The notes under the pieces: model-generated
Databases searched by the model: none
What the model saw: only the letters and a program-made list of their open reading frames with translations
What the model was told of the DNA's origin: nothing
Translations under genes and position numbers: made by a program
Origin: Mobula hypostoma
Taxonomy: Eukaryota
NCBI RefSeq assembly: GCF_963921235.1
Contig: NC_086107.1
Coordinates: 97,962,001-98,022,000, forward strand
DNA: 60,000 bases
Direction: 5' to 3'
Part shown: piece after piece, positions 24,357 to 35,812 of the stretch
Layout of the letters: each line of letters opens with the position of its first letter
Position numbering within the stretch: position 1 is the first letter of the stretch

Positions 24357-26095
24357 CAGAACTGTGCAAAAGTCTTTACATCCTAGATTTTTTAGTTTTG
24401 TTTTAGATGGTTATTTTTTGTCTTCTAATAATACTTTATTGATTCTGAGTGGGAAATTCTTTCGTCACAGCAGCAACATTTAAAAACACACTTAGCAGTG
24501 TGCTTAACTAATAATAAGTGTAAAATCGTAATAATCTAATATGTACCAATGTGCAAAAATGTACAAAATAATAAAGCAGGGACTATGATGTGTGTTCACC
24601 TGTCACACAGAGATGAACTGTTGTATATGCAACATATTCTGCAAAATGCATTTTTTCATTACTGTCACCAGAAAATAGCAAATTTTAGATTTCCAGACAT
24701 TTATTTTTCAAAAAATTAAATGTAAGAGATTTGTTGTATTTCATTAAAGGTAAAGACATGTAGACCACTCTTCAAATAAAAACTTGATTACTTTGTAGGT
24801 ATACAGCCCAGTGCGTGATTAAATAAAGATAACAAACAGGAGTTAATGATCAATGACATAATGAGTTGAATGAACTCAGCTGACTAACTAAAACAGAGAC
24901 TGGTGTAGAAGGAATCAAACTGGACTAAGGACAAGAAAACTAAAATGTGTGGATGTAACAGATGTGACAATTTAACCTTCAAATCATCATGGCAAGAGTG
25001 AGCATAACAAGAAGACACAAGGTTATCCTGCATCAGCAAGGTCTCTCCCAAGCAGAAATTCTGCAGCAGACAGGAGTTTCAAGATGTGTTGTCCAAGCTC
25101 TTCTGAAGAAGCAAAGAAACACGCTAGGTTGAGGATCAGAAACACAGTGGTTGGCCACGGAAACTGAGTGCAGCAAATGAGAGACACATCAAACTGATGT
25201 CCCTTCTAAATGGGAGAAATCCACTGCTATCAGCTCTGAACTCACAGAGACATTGGAACCTAATTACACCCTTTTACAGGCTGGTGAAGTCTTGTCAGAA
25301 GTGGTCTTCATGCAAGATTTGCTGCCAAAAAGCCATTCCTCCAAAATGGAAACAAAGCCTACGAACAAAAGCACAAGGACTGGGGTGCTATGGACTGACA
25401 AAGCAAAATGTGATATTTCTGGCCCAAACAGGAGGCAGTTTGTCTAAAGAAGAACCTGACAGCGCTACATGGACAAGTGTCTGCAGCCAACAATGAGGCT
25501 TGGCGGAGGTTCTTCGCAGGTTTGGGGCTGCATTTCTGCAAATGGAATTGGTGACCTAGTCAGAATGAGTGGAATCCTCAATGCTGAGAAGCACAAACAT
25601 ATTCTTATCCATCACATAATAGCATCATGAAGGGGCCTGATTGGTCCCAACTTATTTTGTAGCAGGACAATGACCCAAACACATGACCAAGGTCATAACA
25701 TTATCTTCAACGAAAAGAACAAGTTCCGCAACAGATACTATGGCCTTCACAGAGCCTTGATCTCAACATCATCAAGGCTGTCTAGGATTATCTGGAGAGA
25801 CAAAAGCAAGCGAGACAAAGTTCACAGAAGAACTGAGGCAAGTTCTCCAAGATGCTTGGATCAACCTAGCAGCTAATTTCCTTATAAAACTGCAGGTTAG
25901 AACTAACAGTGTACCCGAGAGAATTGATGCAGTTTTAAAGGTAAAGGGTGGTCATAGCAAATATTGATTTGATTTAATTTTTTTTCTGTTTACTGCTCTT
26001 TTAGATATTTAGAAACTTCTAATTTCATCAGTTTTGAAATAATCTTCACTTTACATAATTATTTTACAAGTGCTTCAAACTTCTGCACAATACTG
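24357..26095 (+). mobile_element. Decayed Tc1/mariner DNA transposon in DDX17 intron 2
   Basis: TA-flanked TIRs (cagaactgtgcaaaagtctt ... aaacttctgcacaatactg); transposase remnants HQQGLSQAEI..TGVSRC, PRKLSAANERHI, VWGC and QDNDP. Confidence 0.85.
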
Positions 26096-26270
26096 TAGGT
26101 TGGGAATTGTTAGGACCAAGAGCTAAGGTAAAATTAGTAACATTGTGGTTGTGCCAATATCATAACCAAAATTAATACATCATAACCCTAACATCCAATT
26201 CAGCAAGCAGAATAGGCACCATGAATAACAAGCTTTCACTTGGAATATTATACAACAGAATGATACGTAC

Positions 26271-26424
26271 TGGGGTTAATCTAACCACTTCAGGATGCTC
26301 TACGTAAAAATTCTTCTCAAATTTTGGTAGCTCATCCATGTCCCACTTCTTTTTTCTAAGACGTTCCCCAGGCTGTCCAAACTTCTTGCCCAGTGATGAG
26401 CCTCCACCAAACCGTGGCCCATTG
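26271..26424 (-). CDS. DDX17: DDX17 exon 2
   Basis: cag|...|gtacgt, 154 nt; encodes NGPRFGGGSSLGKKFGQPGERLRKKKWDMDELPKFEKNFYVEHPEVVRLTP (ERLRKKKWD and FYVEHPEV are DDX17-type). Confidence 0.95.
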
Positions 26425-27161
26425 CTGTTGCAGAGAAATCAGATCCGTCAGAAACAAGAACACAAACAACACGTGTATGCACTAGTCATATTGATTACTG
26501 AACTAACAGACAGCATTTATTAACCACTAAGAAAACATTTGCAGGTGAGATGTTAAAATACTTCTTCTACAAAGGTTATCTAAGTTGCTGATTATTTCCA
26601 GCATGTTTGCCAGTATCTGCGGTTTTATTTTGAATTAAAAACACATGGCCAAGCAGCATTTGCGGACGGAGATCAGAGACTCCAAGAGGCCTCGTCTTGG
26701 TGATGCAGTACCCAAACCAGCCTCCCAATTTCCGCTCTTTACTGTCAATTACGTCATCACTGCATCAGCTAAAGTCCCGGATGTGAGTGGAATGATAATT
26801 GACAACATCTCAGCCAATCGGTATGAAGAATTCACCAGCAGGCAAACTAACCAGTCAGAGGGGCAGTACACGCCAATCCCTCCAATCCGAGCTGGAAAAC
26901 AACGGAAGGCGGGACCAGCTTCGTCTATTCATGGTGATCGGCACCAACCGGAATGAACCGGCTTACCCAAACGGTGAGCCGCATAAACCAGGCCAAGAGT
27001 CATTACTGTCAGGCACCGATGTTTCGCGGCTAGGGCTACTGATAATTTAGCCTTCAGTCGGGTGTTTCGACAAGGCCCGAGTCTGATGCTGCCTAATTAA
27101 TCGGATTTACCTCGATTCTCGGCCTCACCCCTCTTTAAAGTAGCCCGGTTCCTCGCCTTAC

Positions 27162-27208
27162 CTTCCCCTGTCTCGGCCACGATCGCGTTCTCCGCCAAAA
27201 CCTCTCAT
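27162..27208 (-). CDS. DDX17: DDX17 coding exon 1 (MRGFGGERDRGRDRG)
   Basis: ATG at 27208-27206; 47 nt ending AG|GTAAGG; resembles the p72 N-terminus MRGGGFGDRDRDRDRG; lies in a CpG-rich region; phase 2 joins exon 2 in frame. Confidence 0.9.
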
Positions 27209-27400
27209 TTTCCGTCGATTTTCCTCCTGAAGGAACAAGGAAAGAGCCGTACACGTCCGTCGCTCACCCGACCTCAGCTCCACCCGCCGGAACCCGCTCC
27301 GCCCAGCAACAGTGACGTCAACGGCCGGCGGAGTCGCGCGCCCCAAACGGCATCTCCACCAATCACGGCGCGCCGGGAGGCGGGGGAGGGAGGCAGGTTA
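27209..27400 (-). promoter_or_regulatory. DDX17: DDX17 CpG-rich promoter and 5' UTR
   Basis: Perfect CRE palindrome TGACGTCA 27313-27320, CCAAT 27359-27363, GC boxes (ctccgccc 27297-27304; ggaggcgggg ~27376-27385), CCGGAA 27287-27292, high CpG density. Confidence 0.8.
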
Positions 27401-27454
27401 GTTGTTTGTTCTCCCAGCCCCGGTGAAACCGGAACGTCTGTACTGTACTGTTCT

Positions 27455-27546
27455 GTTTTTCCATAGGTGCTGCCTGGCCTGCTGAGTTCCTGCAGCATTG
27501 TGTGTGTTCTTTGGATTACCAGCATCTGCAGATTTTTCTCTTGTTT
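27455..27546 (+). mobile_element. Penelope pseudo-LTR tail next to the DDX17 promoter
   Basis: ccataggtgctgcctggcctgctgagttcc...ccagcatctgcag, the same motif as the other copies. Confidence 0.7.
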
Positions 27547-27599
27547 GGGAATAGACGTTTAGTGTGACCAGGGGTTGGACATAGCCAAAATGGGAGTAA

Positions 27600-28400
27600 A
27601 GGTCAAACCCCTCTACTCCGGGTTTGTGGAAGGGCTAAAGCCCATGGCTCAGGTCTATGGGTAGCAAGGTCAAATCCTCGTAGCCGAGGTGTAGGAATCA
27701 AAAAGCCCCCTATGCCCCACAGCCCAGGTGTGGGGGAAAAGTCAAAGCCCCATAGCCCAGGTGTATGGGGATGGTCAGTGCCCCACAGCCCAGGTGTACG
27801 GGGATGGTCAGTGCCCCACAGCCCAGGTGTACGTGGCAAGGTCAGTGCCCCACAGCCCAGGTGTATGGGGTGGTCAGTGCCCCACAGCCCAGGTGTGGGG
27901 GAAAAGTCAAAGCCCCACAGCTCAGGTGTACGGGGATGGTCAGTGCCCCACAGCCCAGGTGTACGGGGAAAGGTCGGTGCCCCACAGCCCAGGTGTACGG
28001 GGGAAGGTCAGTGCCCCACAGCCCAGGTGTAGGGGGAAGGTCAGTGCCCCACAGCCCAGGTGTAGGGGGAAGGTCAGTGCCCCACAGCCCAGGTTTACGG
28101 GGAAGGTCAGTGCCCCACAGCCCAGGTGTACTGGGAAGATCAAACCTCATAGACCAGGTATTTGGGTGGGTGGGAGGGGGGAATCGAAGCCTCATAGCCC
28201 AGCTTTAGTTGGAAGGTCAAAGCCCTTAGTCCAGTATACAGGGAAGGTCAAAACCCACTGCTGAGGTGTAGAGGGGAGGTCAAAGCCCCATAACCCAGGG
28301 GTACAGGGAAGGTCAAAGCCCTAGAGCACAGATACAGGGAAAGGTTGAAGCTGGTGAAGTCCATTGTGGGAGGAAAGTTCAAACACCTAGAGCCCTGCTG
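27600..28400. repeat. 32-34 bp minisatellite (consensus ~GGTCAGTGCCCCACAGCCCAGGTGTACGGGGAA); 13 well-preserved units at ~27712-28135 with degenerate flanking units
   Basis: CAGGT(G) recurs at 27725, 27758, 27791, 27824, 27858, 27890, 27923, 27956, 27990, 28024, 28057, 28090 and 28123. Confidence 0.95.
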
Positions 28401-30314
28401 TAGGGCTGTTCCAGCAGTAGAAGGTTTGGGGGAGTGGGAAAGTGAAAATGAAATAACTCAATTTTGCATGTATTTTAGCTAAAATATCTGAAACCACTTC
28501 TACTAAGGAGGGCCTCAGGGCTTAATGTTTATCTCTGAAAACTCTTGAGATTTTTTAAAAATTTGTTTTTTAGGTACTAAATATTTGGGTGACCTGCAAT
28601 GTGAAACTAAAAGTCTTTGCACTTAGTGTCTGCAGATCAGCTACGAATTAAACCAGTTAGACAAAAGTATTTCTGAGAAAAAAACTAAACTTAACAAGAT
28701 ACCAAATAAATTGTCTGTTAAGGAGGCCGTTTACATTGGCCAATGTATGCTTTTATTGGAAAGGGATAAACTTCCCTTATTAATGTACTTATGACTAATT
28801 TTTAAATGAAAATATAATTGCCCTGCTCAAGGCATCATCACTTTTGACCGAATGGAAAAAAAACTTTCAGCTTGCCACATCATATTGAAACTCAGTCTTG
28901 ATGCTCAGCGTGTTTCAGTTGACCATATGTGTTGTGAAATCAATCATGAAGGAATGTGATTTTGAGATGCATACAATCTCCAACTGTTTTTAATAGAAAT
29001 AACTGTTGTTATTTTGACAATATCTTCAAAGAATAAGTTTACTTGGCTCAGAAAGATCTTTTCCTGTTGTAAACCTTTTTATTTATTTCATAGTTTGGAA
29101 AGAGGCACAGGCAGAGATAACAATAGATATGACACGGTAAAATTTAGAAGTTTTCAACAACCATTGAAAATTGTGTCTTATAATGGTTATAATAAACATG
29201 CCAGAGAGTTGCAAAAAAGATGTGTATCATGTTGTGTATCTTTAAATATTAATAAGTTATTCAAAGTTCTATTTCCTCTTCAAAGATTTACAGATGAAGA
29301 AAGCTACCAACCATTAAGAATAACAAATTTATCAATTCAACATTTTGATAATGACAATCAGCAGTTTGATTTCTAGTTCTACTTTTGAAATAATCTAAGA
29401 AGAAAACAAAACTAAGGACTCTGCTGTCATCCTTCATTCACTCAAACGAAACTTAACACATTCCAGCTATTACAGTGTCAACGCTGGTATAGTGACAAGA
29501 GAAAGCAATTGCACAACAGGAATAATAGCATAGCAAATACAGGATCAACAGGATGCTAAGCTCTCACGTACAAATACACAAATTTTGCCATAGTATCCTG
29601 TGTCCAGGCTGAAAAAGAATGTACAGCCTGGATTGGGGGCGGGGGGGGGGATAGTGAATTGGTCTACCGAGTAACAGTCCATAAGTGAGTTACAGTACAT
29701 TAAAATGCAAAATAAAACCCAAATCTTCCTGGGTGTGGTCAAAAATTCTGATGGAAAACTACCAGTTTCCATCTATTGGCACTGAAGTAATTCCCTGATC
29801 TATAAACACTCAATAAGTCCAGAACCTACTGAGTGACAGATGCTGCTGGAATGAATAGCGACAACTTAAATAGGGAATGGAAATGCAAGTTGCCTTAAAA
29901 CACAAATCATTTGACTAATGTTTATAATCGCTTGTAATTATTTAATATGCTTCTAATAAAAATGACATAAACATTTAAAAACTGTTAGCTTCCTTGGCAG
30001 TTTTGGAGAAAGTTAAGCTGAGTTCCAGCTTTGCCTTCTGCCAAAACCCTTTGGAGACGTTTCCTGGATCTTGTCCCCCGAGTCCTCACTGATGTCTGCG
30101 GGATTCACAGCATCAAGATCCCCCCATGTTCATGTGCGCCAGGGAAAAGTGTGGGTAATGACTTTGGCTGGCAGTCCTTATTCAGGAATTGATTTTAAAA
30201 TGACGTTCAGCCTTCTGTGATCTTAAGGTTTAATTCTCTCTCAGCTAAATATTGAGATAAATATTACTTTATAGCATTTATGACTGTTTCTCATTGCCTT
30301 GGCATACTGAATAA

Positions 30315-30511
30315 TTTATTACAAAAAGGGTGTGTATATCAAATATTTGACAGGTAATACTCCAATACAAGATTCAACTGTGTGGGCTCTACTTATCTGT
30401 ATATATCTATCATACAGACTGAAGATTTTCCAGGTGTGTTATGTGCAGTGCTACTAAGGATGTGGCAATAGACAGTTATGAAGGGGACATGTGAATTACT
30501 GTATTAATAGG

Positions 30512-30553
<42 letters not shown>

Positions 30554-31043
30554 AAATAAATATTTAGTATGTGCCTCTATATCTGCAGTGAATGGAAAAA
30601 GCTTTTTAAAGAATGTCATTAAGTTATACTTTTGTTGTTGCATTGCAGACCACTGCCTAAACTGCAAGTACATAATACTAAATCATAAAAGACACATGGA
30701 TTAATTCTATGGCATGTTATAGTACAATTAAATACCATCCTATAATCCAATCAAACTCAGGTTTGTATGCAAAAGAGTTCTACTATTTATTTTGTAATAT
30801 TGTTGTAGTCTCTCAATGTGATTTACTTCCAGGAATTTGGGAGTGCCTAATTTTGAACATGCCTAGACAAAACAGAGGTTGGATATCAAATCGTACATTA
30901 CTTGACAAAAAACTGATTTTTCACAGTTTTTTAAATGTAAACCTGAATTACCTTGTAATCTTTTAAATTTCTATACTTTAATAGTTAAACAAATTAGTAC
31001 TCAGGAAACTCAAAATATCATGCTCATCTCTGTTCTGGAAGCC
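30315..31043 (-). other. DMC1: Probable DMC1 3' UTR with candidate polyadenylation signals
   Basis: AT-rich sequence after the stop codon; AATAAA on the minus strand at 30791-30786 and 30320-30315; true end unknown. Confidence 0.4.
30517..30551. repeat. (TA)n microsatellite
   Basis: Direct reading. Confidence 0.95.
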
Positions 31044-31113
31044 TCACTCCTTTGCATCACTAATTCCTCCAGCAGTAATGGCAAAAGTGGCTTCATTCTC
31101 TGGTAAATCTGGG
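31044..31113 (-). CDS. DMC1: DMC1 last coding exon (14)
   Basis: ttttcag| then PDLPENEATFAITAGGISDAKE and TGA (31046-31044). Confidence 0.96.
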
Positions 31114-33254
31114 CTGAAAACAAGGGGAAAAAACCTTTGCATGAAATAAAGAATACAACAACAGGCAATTGATGCAACTCTTTGGTGCTTTTGCTCCATA
31201 GAAACCCTCTCCCACCTAATTTTACTTCATCACCCTATTGGCATATTCCTCTTTGCCCTTTTTCTATCCTGCACTTGCAGTTTTCCTTAAAACATGTATG
31301 AGGCAATATCTCGTCAGCATCATGGAAATCACTGAAAATATTATACAAGAGGCCATTCTACTCATTCTTGTAGCAATCAATAAAAAGCAACCTAACCTAA
31401 TGCAACCTTCCAGCACATTAAAAGCTGTGATCTTCAGGGCTGTGGATCAAGCACAAAAGCAACTTGTAAATGTGATGAGAGGTTTAGACATTGAATTCCA
31501 GACCACTGCTGCCCTCAGAGTGAAAAAATACATTTCTTTCTAATCCTCCTACCAATTACTTTAAAATTGTGAACTTTGGTTTTGACCCCTTAGCCAAGGA
31601 TCCTTCCATCCTTGCTTCCTGTCACTGAGCCAAAATGAAATCCAATTTGTCACCTTTCCTTAGATACCATGCATCTTTATTACTCTAAAGAGCCCGCCAT
31701 CTCAATGTTGTTAAAAACCATGTTAAGATTGTCAGACAACCTATGTAAGCTGGACAGGTTTCATTTGAGGTGGAACATCGTTGAGGGAAGGTTGGTGCTG
31801 TCGAGAAGGGTTTAAACTAATTTAAAAGAGAATGTAGTTAGTGGGGAGTTGATGTCAAGTATAGAAGTCAATCCACTCAGCAAAGCATGCATGAGGGCGA
31901 TGAACCACATGGGAGGAATGGAAGATTATACTCTAGCTAATTTAATGTAAGAAATTTGACTGGTAAAGTAGATGAACTTACAGCTTGATCAGCACATGGG
32001 AACATGATACTTTGTAAACACTGATACATAATTGAGAGGACAGTAATGGAAACTCAACAATCCAGTGTGGAGAACCTTCAGACATAACTTGAGATGATGT
32101 AAGAGGTGACGGCATTGAAATATTGATTAAAGTACTAAAGGAGGATACCTTGAAAGGCTAATCAAATCAAATGAGGCAAGGTGGGTACAAAAAGGGGGTG
32201 ACCAGTTTGCTGGGGGTATATTACAAGCCTTCTACCAGTCAGTAGAAGATACAGAATCAGTCATAAAGTACTGTAGCACAGAGACAGCCCTTTAGCCCAC
32301 TTGGTCCATGCCAAACTATTATTCTGACCAGTTCCATCGAGTCGCACCTGGCTCATAGCCCTCCATACCCCTCCCATCAATGTACTTATCCAAATTTCTC
32401 TTAAGTGTTGCAATCAAACTGGCATCCATCACTTTTGCTGACAGGACCACCAGGTCTATGCTGACCTATCTGTCAACATACACTAATGCCATTTACCTGA
32501 ATTAGGACCATATCCTTGTATGCCAAGTTTCCATCTGAAGGCCTTTTAAATATAGTACCTGAATCTGTTTCATTATTTCTTTTTGTACTACAGACTTCTC
32601 CGTGTTATCCCTCAGGTCTCCTTTAAAATTCACTTCTCTCAGCTTAAACCAACATTCTTCTGTTTATGCTGCCTTTACCATGAGAGAAAGATTTTTTTTA
32701 CTGTCTCCCATCTATACCTTTCATAAATCTTATATTCTTCAGTCAGGTCACCCATCAGCCTTCTTTGCTCCAGGTGCCTTTCCAATTCTTCCTATAGCTG
32801 AAATATTCCAACTCAAGCAACATCCTGGTGAAATCTTCTCAGCACTCTCTTCCGTGAAATCACATCCCTTCTGTAGCATCACAACCAGAAGTTCACACAA
32901 TATACCAAGTGTGGCCTAACCAGTGTTTTGTAAAGTTGCAAAATAAATGTCCAAAACTTATATCCTGTTCTGTGAAATATAAAGGCAATCATGTTATAAG
33001 CCTTTTACTTTATCCTATTAATCTTTGTCACCTCTTTCTGAGAACTATGAACTTGATCACACCCCCTCTCCAGGTTTTTGTTTATCAACATTCCTGTGAC
33101 CTACCATTTTCTGTACATTAGATTCCCAAATACATGATCGTGTATTCGTGACAATTAAATTCCAACAGCAAATGCTCCTCCCAGCATTCCATCTGACCAT
33201 TACTTTTTGCGTTAGCTGCAAACTCAGTATTCGTTTTATTTAATTATTCTTTTT

Positions 33255-33490
33255 AATTTAGAGATGCATCACAGTAACGGGACCTTCCAGCCCAATGAGC
33301 CTGCGCTGCCCAAATACACCCAAATAACCAATTAACCTATTAACCTCTACGTCTTTGGAATGTGGGAGAAAACCGGAGCACCTGGAGGAAACCCACGTGT
33401 TCCCAGGGAAAACATACAAACTCCTTACAGACAGCGTTTAAAATGGAACCCGGGTTGCTTGTGCTGCATTAGTGTTACGCTAACTACATC
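33255..33490 (-). mobile_element. tRNA-derived V-SINE-like element
   Basis: Central domain gtgggtttcctccaggtgctccggttttctcccacattccaaagacgt on the minus strand. Confidence 0.7.
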
Positions 33491-34617
33491 CCTCCATCCC
33501 TCTACCAGTACCCTCCTATCACCAAGCAAATTTTGGATCCAAATAACAAGCTTGCCTTGAATCCCATACCCCATACTTCTGGACCAGCCTACCACGTGGG
33601 ACCTTGTCATGTTCTTTATTGAAATCCATATTATACACAACATCTACCGTCCTGCCTTCATCATTCTTTGAACCTCCTCAAAAAAAGACATCCAATTAGT
33701 GACATGTATTTCACCTGCATATTCCTGGTCAGTTCCTGCATTTTCAAGAGTACATTAAGCTAAGTTTACTTCTTTAGTTGTCCTACCACTGACATAAAGC
33801 TCATTGTCCTTTTTAAATAAAAGAACACTTGTTATGCTAAAGACTCATCAAATGAGGCCATTTAGTGTGATACAGGCCTTGTCACAGAGAGTGGAAGATA
33901 AAAGTATAGACTTGTAGACACATCACTATGTGGTGTAAGATATTTAACTGGGACATCCACTGAAAGGCTTTGAGAGGATAATTTTAAACTGTGTCCAATA
34001 GATTTTTTTTTTGAGTTTTTACGTAAGTAGTCCTATTCAAAAGAGGCAGTACTGGATCTAATCTTAGGGAATGTAGCCAGACAAGTAATTGAAGTGACAA
34101 CGGGAGACATTGACCAAAACCTTGTATGTTTCAAGATATGGAAAGGGATAAGGATGGATCAGAAATTAAAACCCTGAATTGAGGGAAGGCTGATTTCAGC
34201 AAGACAGGAAATGGGAGCAGCTGCTTGCTGTAAATGTAGATCCTAAATAAAGATAGCTTCCTTGGGTTTCCACTTGACTAGGCAGATTTAGCACATTCCT
34301 AAGCTAAAGTTTTTTTTTCATTCATGGAAAATAGACATGACTAGAAAGGACAATCTCGATTGTCCTTCAACAGAGGAGGCAGTTAAGAGTGAGTCCAGAG
34401 TTATCCTGTATATGGGCAGGGCAAGGACAGCAAATTACATTCACTTTTAAATTTGTGAACTAGTGGAATTTTTATGGCAACTGGTAGTTTCATGGTTATC
34501 ATTAGTGATGATCAAATTTGCTGTGAGTTATGATACCTACACTAGTGAAACATGGTTTGCATTTTTTAGATTAAGCATTTGTACTATTAATGCACCAAGT
34601 GTTGTTGGGAACATTAC

Positions 34618-34734
34618 CTATCATAGATTTTCGCAATACGTAGTTCACCCCGTCCTTTCCGTAGACTAATCCTCGTTGTAGATGCGTGAGCCAGAATGTG
34701 ACCACCAATTGGTTTCTTTGGATCTGCTTGGAAG
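34618..34734 (-). CDS. DMC1: DMC1 exon 13
   Basis: aag|...|gtaatg, 117 nt; [38 protein letters not shown]. Confidence 0.97.
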
Positions 34735-34872
34735 CTTGAAACAAAAAAAAATTTGAGGAACATAATCCATTAGAAATAACCATAAAGTATTGCTGTATTG
34801 CTTAAGCTATGAATCTAAAACAAAATATGAGCTGGTGATTATGAGCTATTTTTATTTTCTCCACCGCTTTTT

Positions 34873-35060
34873 GGGTGGCACAGTAACACAGCAGTTAGTA
34901 TTGCAGCCTCACAACTCTGGCAACCTGGGTTTGATCCTGATCTCAGATGCTATACGTATGGAATTTTCACGTTTTCCTCTGACTTTCATTCTCCGCTAAG
35001 TGTTACGGTTTCATCTCACATTCCAAAAATATGCTTAAGTTAACTGGCGACTAGGGGTGG
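34873..35060 (+). mobile_element. Degenerate V-SINE-like element
   Basis: tRNA-like head ggtggcacagtaacacagcagttag...cctgggtttgatcctg plus central domain. Confidence 0.6.
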
Positions 35061-35239
35061 GTGTTGGGAGAATCGAATGGGGTTGGGATTGATGGGCATA
35101 AAAGAGAGGTAAGTTAATGGGAATGAGGAGAGAATCAAAATAGTATTAGTTTAACATAAATGGGTGCTTAATAGTCAGCACAAACCCCGTGCTCTACATA
35201 AAAAAATATCCTTCCATATCACATACTTACAAGTAATAC

Positions 35240-35442
35240 ACACACAATGCTGGAGGAACTCAGCAGGCCAGGCAGCATCTATAGAAAAGAGTAAACAGTT
35301 GACGTTTCAGGCGAGATCCTGGGTCTCGGCCCAAAACGTCAACTATTTACTCTTTTCCGTAGAGGCTGCCTGGCCTGTTGAGCTCCTCCAGCATTTTGTA
35401 TTTGTTACTTTGATTTCCAGCATCTTCAGATTTTCTTGTTTG
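35240..35442. mobile_element. Fold-back (palindromic) Penelope pseudo-LTR derivative
   Basis: Arms 35246-35318 and 35321-35395 are near reverse complements. Confidence 0.8.
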
Positions 35443-35812
35443 TGATTCATATACAAGTAGTTATTCTGTATCTGTTGTAATAAATTGAAGTATTCCTACA
35501 AGTGCCTGGAAGAAAACAGCTGATTGCAAGTCAACACTTTTCCATTCATGGAGTGTAAGTTCAGCGCTCACTAATAGAAAATCCACCACATTAAATCCCT
35601 CCATAAATGATTACTTATGTAGCATGTAATACTCGTTTTTCTTGAAATAAACAATCCACTAAAATTCCCTCATACTACTATGTCTAAATTAAAGATTTAT
35701 ATTGAAATAGCGACAACCAAGTTTAAAGGGGCTTTGTTAAGTTCACTGTAGCTATTGTTAATTATTCTTGTTGTCTCTTAGGGTGGTTTCCAGGATGAAG
35801 TATAAAATAGTT

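Noticed and set aside
27603..28264. Repeat array as a CRISPR locus, or its ORFs as a repetitive protein
   Set aside because: Units are contiguous without unique spacers, there are no cas genes, the context is eukaryotic, and ORFs appear in all frames on both strands as expected for a stop-free minisatellite
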